From a virus: a stretch of 40,630 bases of DNA. Positions 7,868 to 15,916 of this stretch are shown here, in pieces. The stretch lies in IMG/VR virus record IMGVR_UViG_3300045988_007834; one strand, 5' to 3'. The position numbers and the translations under genes are program-made. The notes below the pieces were generated by a model. The model saw only the letters and a list, made by a program, of their open reading frames with translations. It searched no databases and was not told the DNA's origin. Positions within the stretch are counted from its first letter, which is position 1. Each line of letters opens with the position of its first letter.

Positions 7868-9829
7868 ATGCCAGAAATTACGCTTACAGGTGCACAGTGT
7901 GCAGGTATTAGCGCATCATTCCCGTCAACAAATTTCAGCACTGAATCTGTGTATGTTGCTGGTGACGCAAACGGACTAAGTGATATTTTATTTTCATTTG
8001 CTGCACCTCCGGAAGCTGCAAGATTTAAGGCCATCGAAAATGTAACCGTATATGTAAATTACCAAGTTTCTTTTTCTACTCTTGCGCAAAGCATTACATG
8101 GTATTATCTTCGAGGCCCATTCAACGAAAAAACAGTAACATACAACAATAAACCGAGCTATGGCGGTACGAAGCTGAGCGTCTATGTAAGTTCTGCCGGG
8201 TATAAGACGGTTGTCTCCTCTGCAACAAGCCTTGCATCCTCCGTGCTGAAGTACGGGATCATGATTGCAACGAACTATTACTGGGCATTTCAGTCAACCA
8301 GAAGCAGTAATCCACCATACGCGACGTTCCGTTATACCGACGAAACCGTAGGGCTTGCAATAAGCAACACATCCCCGTCACGCGGATCTATTGTTGCTGC
8401 AAATTCCAACACCTTCTCTTGGCGTGAATCTGTAAATGGGTACTGCTATGCAGACGTTTCGCGCACGTCTGCAAAATTCCGCTGGCGCAAATCTGCATCC
8501 GACACAGTCAAGGAGATCGACGTGCCTGGCACGGCCACCTCCATCACCATCCCGGCGAATACTTTTTCCGGCGACAGCATCCAGTGGCAGATCAGCGTGA
8601 CCGCGAACAGCGGCGTCACCACGACCTCCGATTGGATGACACTCTCGCTGACCGACGTGGAATCCACAGCCGTTGCGGTTGCGCCTGACCGGGCCGTGCT
8701 CGACGGAGCATCTGATAACGTGTTCAAGTGGGAACACATTATTTCGACCGGCACGGCCCAAACGAAGGCCGAATTGCAGCAGAGCACGGACGGCAGCACA
8801 TGGACGGCGCTGGCAACCGTCACCGGTGCAGCCAACACATGGACGGCTCCTGCCGGAACGTTTACCTCCGGCACAAAATACTGGCGCGTGCGGACGTACA
8901 ATTCCAAGGGTGCTGCGGGCGCATGGAGCGCTGCCACACAGTTTATTGTGCTGGCCGCCCCCGCAACACCGCCCGTGTCTATCGTGTCCACAGAGCCGCG
9001 CCCGGAGATCCGCTGGCAGTCGGATGAACAGCAAGCCTATCAAGTCGAGATCGATGGCGTCTATGCCTCCGGCACGCGCTTTGGAACCGGAAAGGCGTGG
9101 AAAGCCCCATTTTATCTGGCTGACGGCAGCTACACCGTTCGCGTCCGTGTACAAAACGAATACGGCTTCTGGTCGCCATGGGGCACGGCGGCGCTCCCGG
9201 TCACAAACGTACCGGGCGGCGCGATTACGCTGACGGCAAGTACCGAAAACGCAGTAACGCTCGCATGGGTGGATTCCGACAACTACGATTTTTACATTGT
9301 ATACCGGGACGGGACACCGATTGCAAAGGCGGAAGATCCCGGATATGTGGATAACATGGCGATTGGCGCCTGCACATATCAGGTGCGCGGCTGCTATTCC
9401 GACAACGATTATTACGGCGTTTCTGCCGAAGTCTCTGTCTCGGTCACGCCGGAATACAACGTCTTGTATGATATGGACGCCGGAGAATGGCTGACCATGA
9501 AGCACAGCGGCCTGACCAATCAGCCGGTTACTAGAAGTATTAGCCGCTCGATTGCAGAGGTAAGACTTTCCGGGTACACATATCCCGTTGCGGAGCGCAG
9601 TAAAGCGAAAACTGCGACCTACGACGGGAATGTCGTATTCTTAAACAGAGACAGCGCCGAGAAGTTCGAGGGCATGATCGGACATCTGGTTTGCTTGAAA
9701 CTGCATCCGTCGGGAGGCTGCATCGGGTATCTGAATGAGGTTTCGGGAGAGGTCAACCAATACAAGAGTGTGTATTCGTTCATGGTGACACAAATCGAGT
9801 ACGAGGAGGAGATTGACATTGATTCGTGA
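7868..9829 (+). CDS. Dit-position tail/baseplate protein with an FN3/Ig-like repeat array
   Basis: 653 aa, directly after the tape measure gene. It has several ~90-aa beta-rich repeats with the W...W/Y pattern (FKWEH..., YWRVRTYNSKGAAGAWS, IRWQSD...VRVQNEYGFWSPW). Confidence 0.5.
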   Translation: MPEITLTGAQCAGISASFPSTNFSTESVYVAGDANGLSDILFSFAAPPEAARFKAIENVTVYVNYQVSFSTLAQSITWYYLRGPFNEKTVTYNNKPSYGGTKLSVYVSSAGYKTVVSSATSLASSVLKYGIMIATNYYWAFQSTRSSNPPYATFRYTDETVGLAISNTSPSRGSIVAANSNTFSWRESVNGYCYADVSRTSAKFRWRKSASDTVKEIDVPGTATSITIPANTFSGDSIQWQISVTANSGVTTTSDWMTLSLTDVESTAVAVAPDRAVLDGASDNVFKWEHIISTGTAQTKAELQQSTDGSTWTALATVTGAANTWTAPAGTFTSGTKYWRVRTYNSKGAAGAWSAATQFIVLAAPATPPVSIVSTEPRPEIRWQSDEQQAYQVEIDGVYASGTRFGTGKAWKAPFYLADGSYTVRVRVQNEYGFWSPWGTAALPVTNVPGGAITLTASTENAVTLAWVDSDNYDFYIVYRDGTPIAKAEDPGYVDNMAIGACTYQVRGCYSDNDYYGVSAEVSVSVTPEYNVLYDMDAGEWLTMKHSGLTNQPVTRSISRSIAEVRLSGYTYPVAERSKAKTATYDGNVVFLNRDSAEKFEGMIGHLVCLKLHPSGGCIGYLNEVSGEVNQYKSVYSFMVTQIEYEEEIDIDS

Positions 9830-10862
9830 CATTTCCTTCTCTGTAAATGTTTTGCGGAATGGGGCGCATTATGCGTCCCTCCGCTGGAAACGCGATTCTG
9901 CTCCAAATGTATATACGGATAAAAACGCAAAAATTAAATCGAGTTTTGCGGGGACATTTCTTTACGATCCAAATATCAACTATCTATCTGATGAGCTGCA
10001 ACCCACAATTTCCATCAATGGCGTGGAAAACTCATTGGGAATTTTCCGTATCACGACGTACAAGGAAACGACCGAAGAAGACGGGCGCTGGGTGGCGATT
10101 GAAGCATACGATCGGAGCTGGAAACTGTCCACGATCAAAACGGAAAGCATCAAGCATTTTTCCGCTGGCTCGTCGTACATAACTATCGTCCGGCAAATGC
10201 TGACGGAGGCCGGGATTTCTCTTGTGATTGCGACACCATCTGAAGCGACGCTACAAACCGACCGGGAAGACTGGCAAATTGGAACTGACTATCTTACAAT
10301 CTGTAACGCGCTGCTTGATGAGATCAATTATGATCCCATTTGGTTTGATGCAAACGGTGTGGCGCGTCTGACGCCGCATGAGACGCCGAGCGCATCGAAT
10401 ATTGATCACCAGTACAGCACGACAGATATTCATTTTCGCGCCCCTGTCGGTCTGTCAGCGAGCCAAGAGAACGACTTTTTTGATGCACCGAATGTGTTTG
10501 TTGCAATTTGCTCAAACCCGGATTTAGACGCGCCTATGGTCGCCAGAGCAGAGAATGATAATCCATCGAGTTCTATTTCCACGTTCAAGCGTGGCCAGAA
10601 GATCACAAAGGTTGTAAAGGTTGATAATATCGCCAGTCAATCTGCGTTGCAGGCGTATGTCGAAAACATCCGCAATCAATCCATGCTCGGCACGAAGACG
10701 ATCACGTTTCAGTCGTTGGCGGAGCCGGGGCACGGCATCGGGGATGTTATTGCAATCGATCATCCGACCATCGGCGGAATCTACGAAGAAACCGGATGGT
10801 ACATCGAGCTGAAAGAGGGCAGCATGATGAAGCATACGGCAAAGAGGGCGGTGATTGCATGA
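9813..10862 (+). CDS. Tail-associated hub protein (Tal N-terminal-domain-like)
   Basis: 349 aa after the Dit-position gene. Start is TTG (9813, or in-frame TTG 9819) after AGGAGGAG. Size and position match a hub without a C-terminal extension. Confidence 0.5.
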   Translation: MTLIRDISFSVNVLRNGAHYASLRWKRDSAPNVYTDKNAKIKSSFAGTFLYDPNINYLSDELQPTISINGVENSLGIFRITTYKETTEEDGRWVAIEAYDRSWKLSTIKTESIKHFSAGSSYITIVRQMLTEAGISLVIATPSEATLQTDREDWQIGTDYLTICNALLDEINYDPIWFDANGVARLTPHETPSASNIDHQYSTTDIHFRAPVGLSASQENDFFDAPNVFVAICSNPDLDAPMVARAENDNPSSSISTFKRGQKITKVVKVDNIASQSALQAYVENIRNQSMLGTKTITFQSLAEPGHGIGDVIAIDHPTIGGIYEETGWYIELKEGSMMKHTAKRAVIA

Positions 10863-11107
10863 TTGGCGTGACGAGTTTTTTTGATACAGACGATACGGCA
10901 CAGAAGCCACAACCTGAATTTATGCTGGCGACCGTTGGCGCAAAGTATACCGATGGACTGTCGCTGATCTTTGACGGGCAGACAGAGGCAACCGCAAAGC
11001 ACTATAAATGTAACACTTCCGTTACATTCAGTGCGGGAGATCGAGTTAAAATCTGCCGTGTATCCGGAACTTACATTGTCGAGTACGTTGTTGGAAAACC
11101 GAAATAA
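10859..11107 (+). CDS. Small tail/baseplate-associated protein (hypothetical)
   Basis: ATGA overlap with the upstream gene. It is an 82-aa beta-rich protein and the last gene of the tail block. Confidence 0.4.
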   Translation: MIGVTSFFDTDDTAQKPQPEFMLATVGAKYTDGLSLIFDGQTEATAKHYKCNTSVTFSAGDRVKICRVSGTYIVEYVVGKPK

Positions 11108-11118
11108 GGAGAAAGAAT

Positions 11119-11415
11119 ATGGATGATGGGATTCAGGCAAAGATCGTGGAGATCGACCAGCGCTCGAAGAGCAACACGCACCGCATCAACGACTTAGAGG
11201 AGGACAACCGGGCACTGCACACGCTGGCGACGTCGGTCGAAGTCCTCGCCACGAAGCAGGAGGCAATCGAGAGCAACGTGCAGGAGATCAAGACGGACGT
11301 CAAGGCACTGAAAGCTGTGCCGGGGAGTAAGTGGGAAGCGCTGGTCAAGGCGGTCGTGACGGCCATTGTGGGGGCGCTGGTCGGCTTCGCGCTGGCTCAT
11401 GCGGGGATCGTGTGA
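11119..11415 (+). CDS. xhlA: XhlA-family lysis-associated membrane protein
   Basis: N-terminal coiled coil (INDLEEDNRALHTLATSVEVLATKQEAIESNVQEIK) and a single C-terminal TM (VVTAIVGALVGFALAHAGIV), as in PBSX XhlA. It sits upstream of the holin and amidase genes. Confidence 0.6.
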   Translation: MDDGIQAKIVEIDQRSKSNTHRINDLEEDNRALHTLATSVEVLATKQEAIESNVQEIKTDVKALKAVPGSKWEALVKAVVTAIVGALVGFALAHAGIV

Positions 11416-11672
11416 TGGAGACTTCGAAGAAGCTGCTGATTGGCAGCGCGGCGGCAAGCGTCGCTTGCATTATCCTGAATGTGCTCGGCGTGCTGAGTGT
11501 GGAGGTCACCTTGGCAGTCATCGGATTTGCGACGGCTATTGGGATGTTTTACCTCTGGAAGGCCAAGAACGAGAACAGAAGCAAGTATGCGATTAAGTAC
11601 ATCAAGAGTTTGCCGGAAACGTATACGGCAGAGGAAAAGGCACGTTTTTTGGAGATCGTGCTAAAGGACTGA
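11415..11672 (+). CDS. Small two-TM membrane protein in the lysis cassette
   Basis: TGATG overlap with the upstream gene. Two hydrophobic segments: LLIGSAAASVACIILNVLGVL and VTLAVIGFATAIGMFYLW. Confidence 0.5.
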   Translation: METSKKLLIGSAAASVACIILNVLGVLSVEVTLAVIGFATAIGMFYLWKAKNENRSKYAIKYIKSLPETYTAEEKARFLEIVLKD

Positions 11673-11687
11673 AAGGAACAAAACGAT

Positions 11688-11873
11688 ATGAGAGAACTGA
11701 ACGCCTGCCCGTTATGTGGGTATTTCCCAGTGCTGAAACAAGTCGGAGACGATAAAAATCTCTTGGTGTACCAATGCGCACATTGTGGCTACATTGCCGC
11801 GAAAAACCATGAGGCAAAATACACAAAATCCGGCGCCATGAAAGTTTGGAACAAAGGGACGGAAAAAGCATAA
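11688..11873 (+). CDS. Lar-family (restriction alleviation)-like zinc-ribbon protein
   Basis: CPLCG ... YQCAHCG ... KVWNKG matches the CxxC-N-CxxC-WN pattern of Pfam Lar_restr_allev-type proteins. Confidence 0.5.
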   Translation: MRELNACPLCGYFPVLKQVGDDKNLLVYQCAHCGYIAAKNHEAKYTKSGAMKVWNKGTEKA

Positions 11874-11890
11874 TGAAGGGAGTACATAAC

Positions 11891-12112
11891 ATGGACAAAA
11901 TTATGAAACGGCTTTCGAATCTGCTGAGCGTGAAGTCGCTGGTGACGCTGCTGCTGACGGTGGTGTTTACGGTGCTGGCGCTGCGGGGTGATATCACAGG
12001 GAAAGACTTCTTGACGATCTTCCTGATGGTCATCACGTTCTATTTCGGCACGCAGTCGCAGAAGGCACAGGACGCGATGGATGCGAAGGGTGATAGTGAT
12101 GGTACCAATTAA
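11891..12112 (+). CDS. Holin (two TM)
   Basis: ATG 11891 follows AAGGGAG. Two TM segments (LVTLLLTVVFTVLAL, FLTIFLMVITFYF) with a charged C-tail. Its end overlaps the amidase start. Confidence 0.55.
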   Translation: MDKIMKRLSNLLSVKSLVTLLLTVVFTVLALRGDITGKDFLTIFLMVITFYFGTQSQKAQDAMDAKGDSDGTN

Positions 12113-12764
12113 AACGATGCTGGCCCATCGGGCCAACTACGGCACGAAACGCGGCGGGGACGTTGAGTGGATTGTCATGCACTACACGGCCAACGACGGG
12201 GATTCCGACACCAGCAACGGCAGGTACTTCCAGCAGCCTTTGAATCCGGTCGCAAGCGCGCACTTTTTCGTGGATGATGATTCCATCACGATCTCCGTGC
12301 CGGAGGACTATGTAGCCTTCCACTGCGGCGCGTATCACTACACGCACCCATTCTGCCGGAACTACAACTCTATTGGCATTGAGATGTGCGACGCGAAGCG
12401 GGATGGACGCATAATGGCAACGGCCAAGACGATTGACAATGCGGCCGATCTGGCCGCGATGCTATGCGAGAAGTACAACATCCCGGTCGATCATATCATC
12501 CGGCACTATGATGTGACGGGCAAGCTCTGCCCGAAGTATTGGGTGGACGATCCGGAGGGTATCAAGAAATTCCGTGAGATGGTAAAGGAGAGGATTGAAA
12601 TGGTAAGCAAGTGCAAGATGATTGTTGACGGAAAACCCGTCGAGGTTGAACGTATCCTGAAAAACGGAACCAACTATGTGAAAATCCGCGACGTGGCCGG
12701 GGCGCTCGGTCTTTCCGTTTCCAATCAGGGGAACGTTCCGGTTTTGATGACCAAAAAGGGGTGA
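12099..12764 (+). CDS. Endolysin: N-acetylmuramoyl-L-alanine amidase (Amidase_2/PGRP) with a C-terminal wall-binding-like domain
   Basis: IVMHYTAN, SAHFFVDD, IGIEMC and RHYDVTGKLCPKYW are amidase_2 signatures. The alternative start is 12081. Confidence 0.85.
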   Translation: MVPIKTMLAHRANYGTKRGGDVEWIVMHYTANDGDSDTSNGRYFQQPLNPVASAHFFVDDDSITISVPEDYVAFHCGAYHYTHPFCRNYNSIGIEMCDAKRDGRIMATAKTIDNAADLAAMLCEKYNIPVDHIIRHYDVTGKLCPKYWVDDPEGIKKFREMVKERIEMVSKCKMIVDGKPVEVERILKNGTNYVKIRDVAGALGLSVSNQGNVPVLMTKKG

Positions 12765-12768
12765 TTGG

Positions 12769-13017
12769 ATGTCGCCGCAGGCGCGGTATAATCTACCGCC
12801 TGAATTATCCGGCCTGATGCGTGGAGAAATGGAGACCGTTATTTCCCAAGCAAACCTCGGGCAGGAAAATGAGCGCATTGCACAGCTCTATTACGTCGAT
12901 AAGCGCCCTCAGATTGACGTTGCATCGGAGTTGTATCTCGGGCGAGCCACCGTGCAGCGGCGGCTCCCCGGAATTCTCGACCGAATGCGAAAGACATCTA
13001 GCCGACTATATAGTTAA
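12769..13017 (+). CDS. Sigma-70 region-4-like HTH protein (putative transcription regulator)
   Basis: 82 aa. IAQLYYVDKRPQIDVASELYLGRATVQRRL resembles a region 4.2 HTH. It is the last gene before a strong terminator. Confidence 0.5.
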   Translation: MSPQARYNLPPELSGLMRGEMETVISQANLGQENERIAQLYYVDKRPQIDVASELYLGRATVQRRLPGILDRMRKTSSRLYS

Positions 13018-13070
13018 ACTCGAAACGGGCGAAAATGATGCACAATCGCGGCACATAAACCCGAAAAACA

Positions 13071-13119
13071 ACCCATACTGGACACGTTGAGAGGTGTCCG
13101 GTATGGGTTTTTCTTTTTA
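13071..13119 (+). terminator. Strong rho-independent terminator (15-bp stem with one G-T pair, then T-run)
   Basis: ACCCATACTGGACAC / loop GTTGAGAG / GTGTCCGGTATGGGT, followed by TTTTCTTTTT. The 3' arm contains the start codon of the next ORF. Confidence 0.75.
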
Positions 13120-13513
13120 CAATCCAAATCCCGCGCGGCGTCAGGTTGGGGATTGCCCTGTTCGGGCGATTTGCAAGGCGACCGGTAAATCGTGGGATGA
13201 GGTATATGTCGCGCTTGCGCTTCATGGGTTTGAGGTTGGCGATATGCCCTCCGCAAACGCTGTTTGGGGAGCGTACCTGAACCAGCTTGGCTATGCCCGG
13301 CATGGCGTACCAAGCTCCAACCCGGACACATACACAGTTGCGGAGTTCGCGCGTGACCATCCGATCGGTACATACATTCTTGCGCTTGCAACCCATGTGG
13401 TCTGCGTCAGGGATGGAGATTGGTTTGACACATGGAACTCCGGAAGCCAAACACCGCTTTATTTTTGGGAAAGGAACGAATCTGAATGTATGGACAGTAC
13501 CAACCGCCGATGA
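13103..13513 (+). CDS. Hypothetical protein with papain-like Cys...His...Asp order (putative cysteine peptidase/amidase fold)
   Basis: N-terminal GDCPVRAICKATG, later LATHVVCVRDG and DTWNS. Start is ATG 13103 (or GTG 13094), inside the terminator arm. Confidence 0.4.
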   Translation: MGFSFYNPNPARRQVGDCPVRAICKATGKSWDEVYVALALHGFEVGDMPSANAVWGAYLNQLGYARHGVPSSNPDTYTVAEFARDHPIGTYILALATHVVCVRDGDWFDTWNSGSQTPLYFWERNESECMDSTNRR

Positions 13514-13944
13514 GCTACCAACCATTTTATCAGCCGCCGATGCAAGACCAGCTCATGCAGCTTCGCCAACAGTATCAACCGCAGCAGCCGCCACAGCCTA
13601 TGGCGCAAATGCCGCAGCCTGCCCAGAGCATGATTTGGGTACAGGGTGACGCGGGTGCAAAGAGCTACCTCGTCGCGGCTGGGAACACGGTTCCACTGTG
13701 GGATAGCGAGAACCCGTGCATTTATATCAAGAGCGTGGACGCGTCCGGCGTTCCGTCCATGCGGGTTCTGGATTACACGGAGCGCACGGGCGCGAGAACA
13801 CCAGCACAGCCGATCATACCGGCCAGCGGGGAATTTGTCACCCGAAGGGAGTTTGAAGCGATGGAAGCGCGTGTGAACGCGCTGGCGGCTGCTGGCGCGG
13901 AGAACAAGAAGGAGGAATACCACAATGCCGAACCCGCTGTTTAA
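13486..13944 (+). CDS. Hypothetical protein with a Gln/Pro/Tyr/Met-rich N-terminus and a beta-rich C-domain
   Basis: MYGQYQPPMSYQPFYQPPMQDQLMQLRQQYQPQQPPQPMAQMPQPAQ, then IWVQGDAGAKSYLV...IYIKSVDASG. The gene series is compact and overlapping. Confidence 0.5.
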   Translation: MYGQYQPPMSYQPFYQPPMQDQLMQLRQQYQPQQPPQPMAQMPQPAQSMIWVQGDAGAKSYLVAAGNTVPLWDSENPCIYIKSVDASGVPSMRVLDYTERTGARTPAQPIIPASGEFVTRREFEAMEARVNALAAAGAENKKEEYHNAEPAV

Positions 13945-14152
13945 CGCGCTTGGCGGCGGCAGAGCGCCGCAAATGCCCGGCCAGATGGGGCAGTTTCAGA
14001 GAATGATGCAGCAATTCCAGCAATTCAAGGCGAACTTTAATGGCGACCCGAAAGCCGAGGTTGAAAAAATGATGCAATCCGGCAAGCTCACGCAGCAGCA
14101 GCTAAACCAGCTGCAGGCCGTTGCGCGGCAGTTTCAGGGGCTTATGCAATAA
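13925..14152 (+). CDS. Small Gln/Met-rich hypothetical protein
   Basis: 75 aa (QMPGQMGQFQRMMQQFQQFK...QQQLNQLQAVARQFQ). It overlaps the upstream stop region. Confidence 0.45.
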   Translation: MPNPLFNALGGGRAPQMPGQMGQFQRMMQQFQQFKANFNGDPKAEVEKMMQSGKLTQQQLNQLQAVARQFQGLMQ

Positions 14153-14203
14153 TCAATCCGTGGCCACGGTTGATAATAAATTTTCTTCAAGGAGTACGAC
14201 AAA

Positions 14204-14965
14204 ATGAGCCTTACCGATGGTACGACTATGACTATGCCGGTAGCACCTACTGGCATGGGCGGCAACGGCTGGGGCGGCTTCGGCGGCGATGGCGGATGGT
14301 GGTTTATCATCCTGTTCCTCGCGATCTTCTGCGGCTGGGGCGGCAATGGCTGGGGCAACAACAATGGCGGCGGTGCGACGGATGGATACATCCTTGCATC
14401 CGATTTCGCCAACATTGAGCGCAAGCTTGACGGCGTCAATAACGGCCTGTGCGACAGCTTCTATGCGATGAACACCAGCGTCCTGAACGGATTTGCGGGC
14501 GTCACGCAGGCGGTCAACAGCGGATTCCAGACGGCGGAGCTATCCCGCGCGAACCAGCAAGCCGCGCTGATGCAGCAGCTTTTCCAGATGCAGATGCAGT
14601 CTCAGAACTGCTGCTGCGAGAACCGGGAAGCAATCGCACAGGTGCGGTACGACATGGCTTCGCAGGCGTGCGACACGCGTAACACCGTACAGAACGCAAC
14701 GCGGGACATCATCGACAACCAGAACAGCAACAGCCGAGCCATTCTTGACTTCCTGACGCAGAGCAAGATGCGCGATCTCGAAAACGAGAATCAGGGGTTG
14801 CGGCTGGCGGCATCTCAGTCTGCGCAGAGTGAAGCACTCAAGGCATACATGAGCGGCCAGTTCGCCTACTACAACCCGCGCCCGGTTCCGTCGTTTGCGG
14901 TTCCCGCACCGTATCAGTTCGCCGGGTGTAATGGTTCGCAGTATGTCTGCGGTGCCTGCGCCTAA
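14204..14965 (+). CDS. Membrane-anchored Gly/Trp-rich, Gln/Asn-rich, Cys-motif protein (hypothetical)
   Basis: RBS AAGGAG. The N-terminus GMGGNGWGGFGGDGGWWFIILFLAIFCGWGGNGWGNNNGGG flanks one TM. It has a central CCCENR motif and the C-terminus CNGSQYVCGACA. Confidence 0.6.
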   Translation: MSLTDGTTMTMPVAPTGMGGNGWGGFGGDGGWWFIILFLAIFCGWGGNGWGNNNGGGATDGYILASDFANIERKLDGVNNGLCDSFYAMNTSVLNGFAGVTQAVNSGFQTAELSRANQQAALMQQLFQMQMQSQNCCCENREAIAQVRYDMASQACDTRNTVQNATRDIIDNQNSNSRAILDFLTQSKMRDLENENQGLRLAASQSAQSEALKAYMSGQFAYYNPRPVPSFAVPAPYQFAGCNGSQYVCGACA

Positions 14966-15033
14966 CAAATCCACAAATTGAGCTTTTTCGTGACCTCACG
15001 AAAATGGTCGGCTCCGTGTCGATACTCACAGCA

Positions 15034-15064
15034 GCGGCGGGGCAATCGCTCCGCCGCATTTTAT
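15034..15064 (+). terminator. Rho-independent terminator
   Basis: GCGGCGG / loop / CCGCCGC, followed by ATTTTAT. Confidence 0.55.
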
Positions 15065-15089
15065 ATCTATCAAAGAGAGGGTTGATTTT

Positions 15090-15512
15090 ATGGCCGAATA
15101 TACCAATTCCAACATCGTGACCGTAGCGGCTGGCCAGAATGTGCCGTTGACGGAAACGCCCGCCGCGAGCGGTGGGTGTATCGTGCATCGCGCCGGAGCG
15201 GGCATCGTAACGCTTCGCGGTCTCACGAATCAGTGCAAGGCGCGGTTCCGCGCGGCCTTTGGCGCGAACATTGCCATTCCGACCGGTGGCACGGTGGAAG
15301 CAATCTCTGCCGCGCTGACGATCAATGGTGAACCGATTACCAGCGCAACCGCCGTTGTCACGCCTGCTGCAGTCGGGAACTATTTCAACATTTTTGTTAC
15401 GGCATTTGTAGAGGTGCCGCGCGGCTGCTGCCTTACGGTTGCCGCAAAAAATATCAGCACGCAGGCGATCAGTTTTGCGAATAGCAATATGATCGTCGAG
15501 CGCGTGGCGTGA
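15090..15512 (+). CDS. BclA C-terminal-domain-like (TNF/C1q-like jelly-roll) protein without a collagen-like region
   Basis: 140 aa, beta-rich and Ala/Thr/Gly/Val-rich. It ends SNMIVERVA, compared with the BclA C-terminus ...SIIIEKVA as recalled from memory. Confidence 0.45.
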   Translation: MAEYTNSNIVTVAAGQNVPLTETPAASGGCIVHRAGAGIVTLRGLTNQCKARFRAAFGANIAIPTGGTVEAISAALTINGEPITSATAVVTPAAVGNYFNIFVTAFVEVPRGCCLTVAAKNISTQAISFANSNMIVERVA

Positions 15513-15525
15513 AAGGAGCATGAAC

Positions 15526-15903
15526 ATGAGTAAGAGAGCTATGGAGGACTTGCGGGCGACGCTCTGCGGAGAGCTTGAGGAAATCGCAAGGAAGCCGGAG
15601 CTGGGCGCTGGCGATCTCGAGATCGTCCACAAGTTGACCGACACGATCAAAAACATCGACAAAATTGAAATGCTCGACGAATCCGGTTATAGCCGGGACG
15701 CCGATTGGGATGCAAACATCCGAGGGACGTATAATCGCGGAAGCTCCTACCGTGGACGCCGCCGGGATTCTCTGGGGCGTTATAGTCGTGCCGACGCCCG
15801 CGAGCGAATGCATGAGCAGCTCGAGGACATGATGCGCGACGCGGACAGCGACGCAACCCGCGACGCTATTCGTCACTGCATGGAGCAGATCGACCGGGCA
15901 TAG
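15526..15903 (+). CDS. Charged Arg/Asp-rich hypothetical protein
   Basis: ATG 15526 lies 7 nt after AAAGGAG. It contains RRRDSLGRYSR and an acidic helical tail. Confidence 0.5.
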   Translation: MSKRAMEDLRATLCGELEEIARKPELGAGDLEIVHKLTDTIKNIDKIEMLDESGYSRDADWDANIRGTYNRGSSYRGRRRDSLGRYSRADARERMHEQLEDMMRDADSDATRDAIRHCMEQIDRA

Positions 15904-15916
15904 GGGGGGCGCTCCC

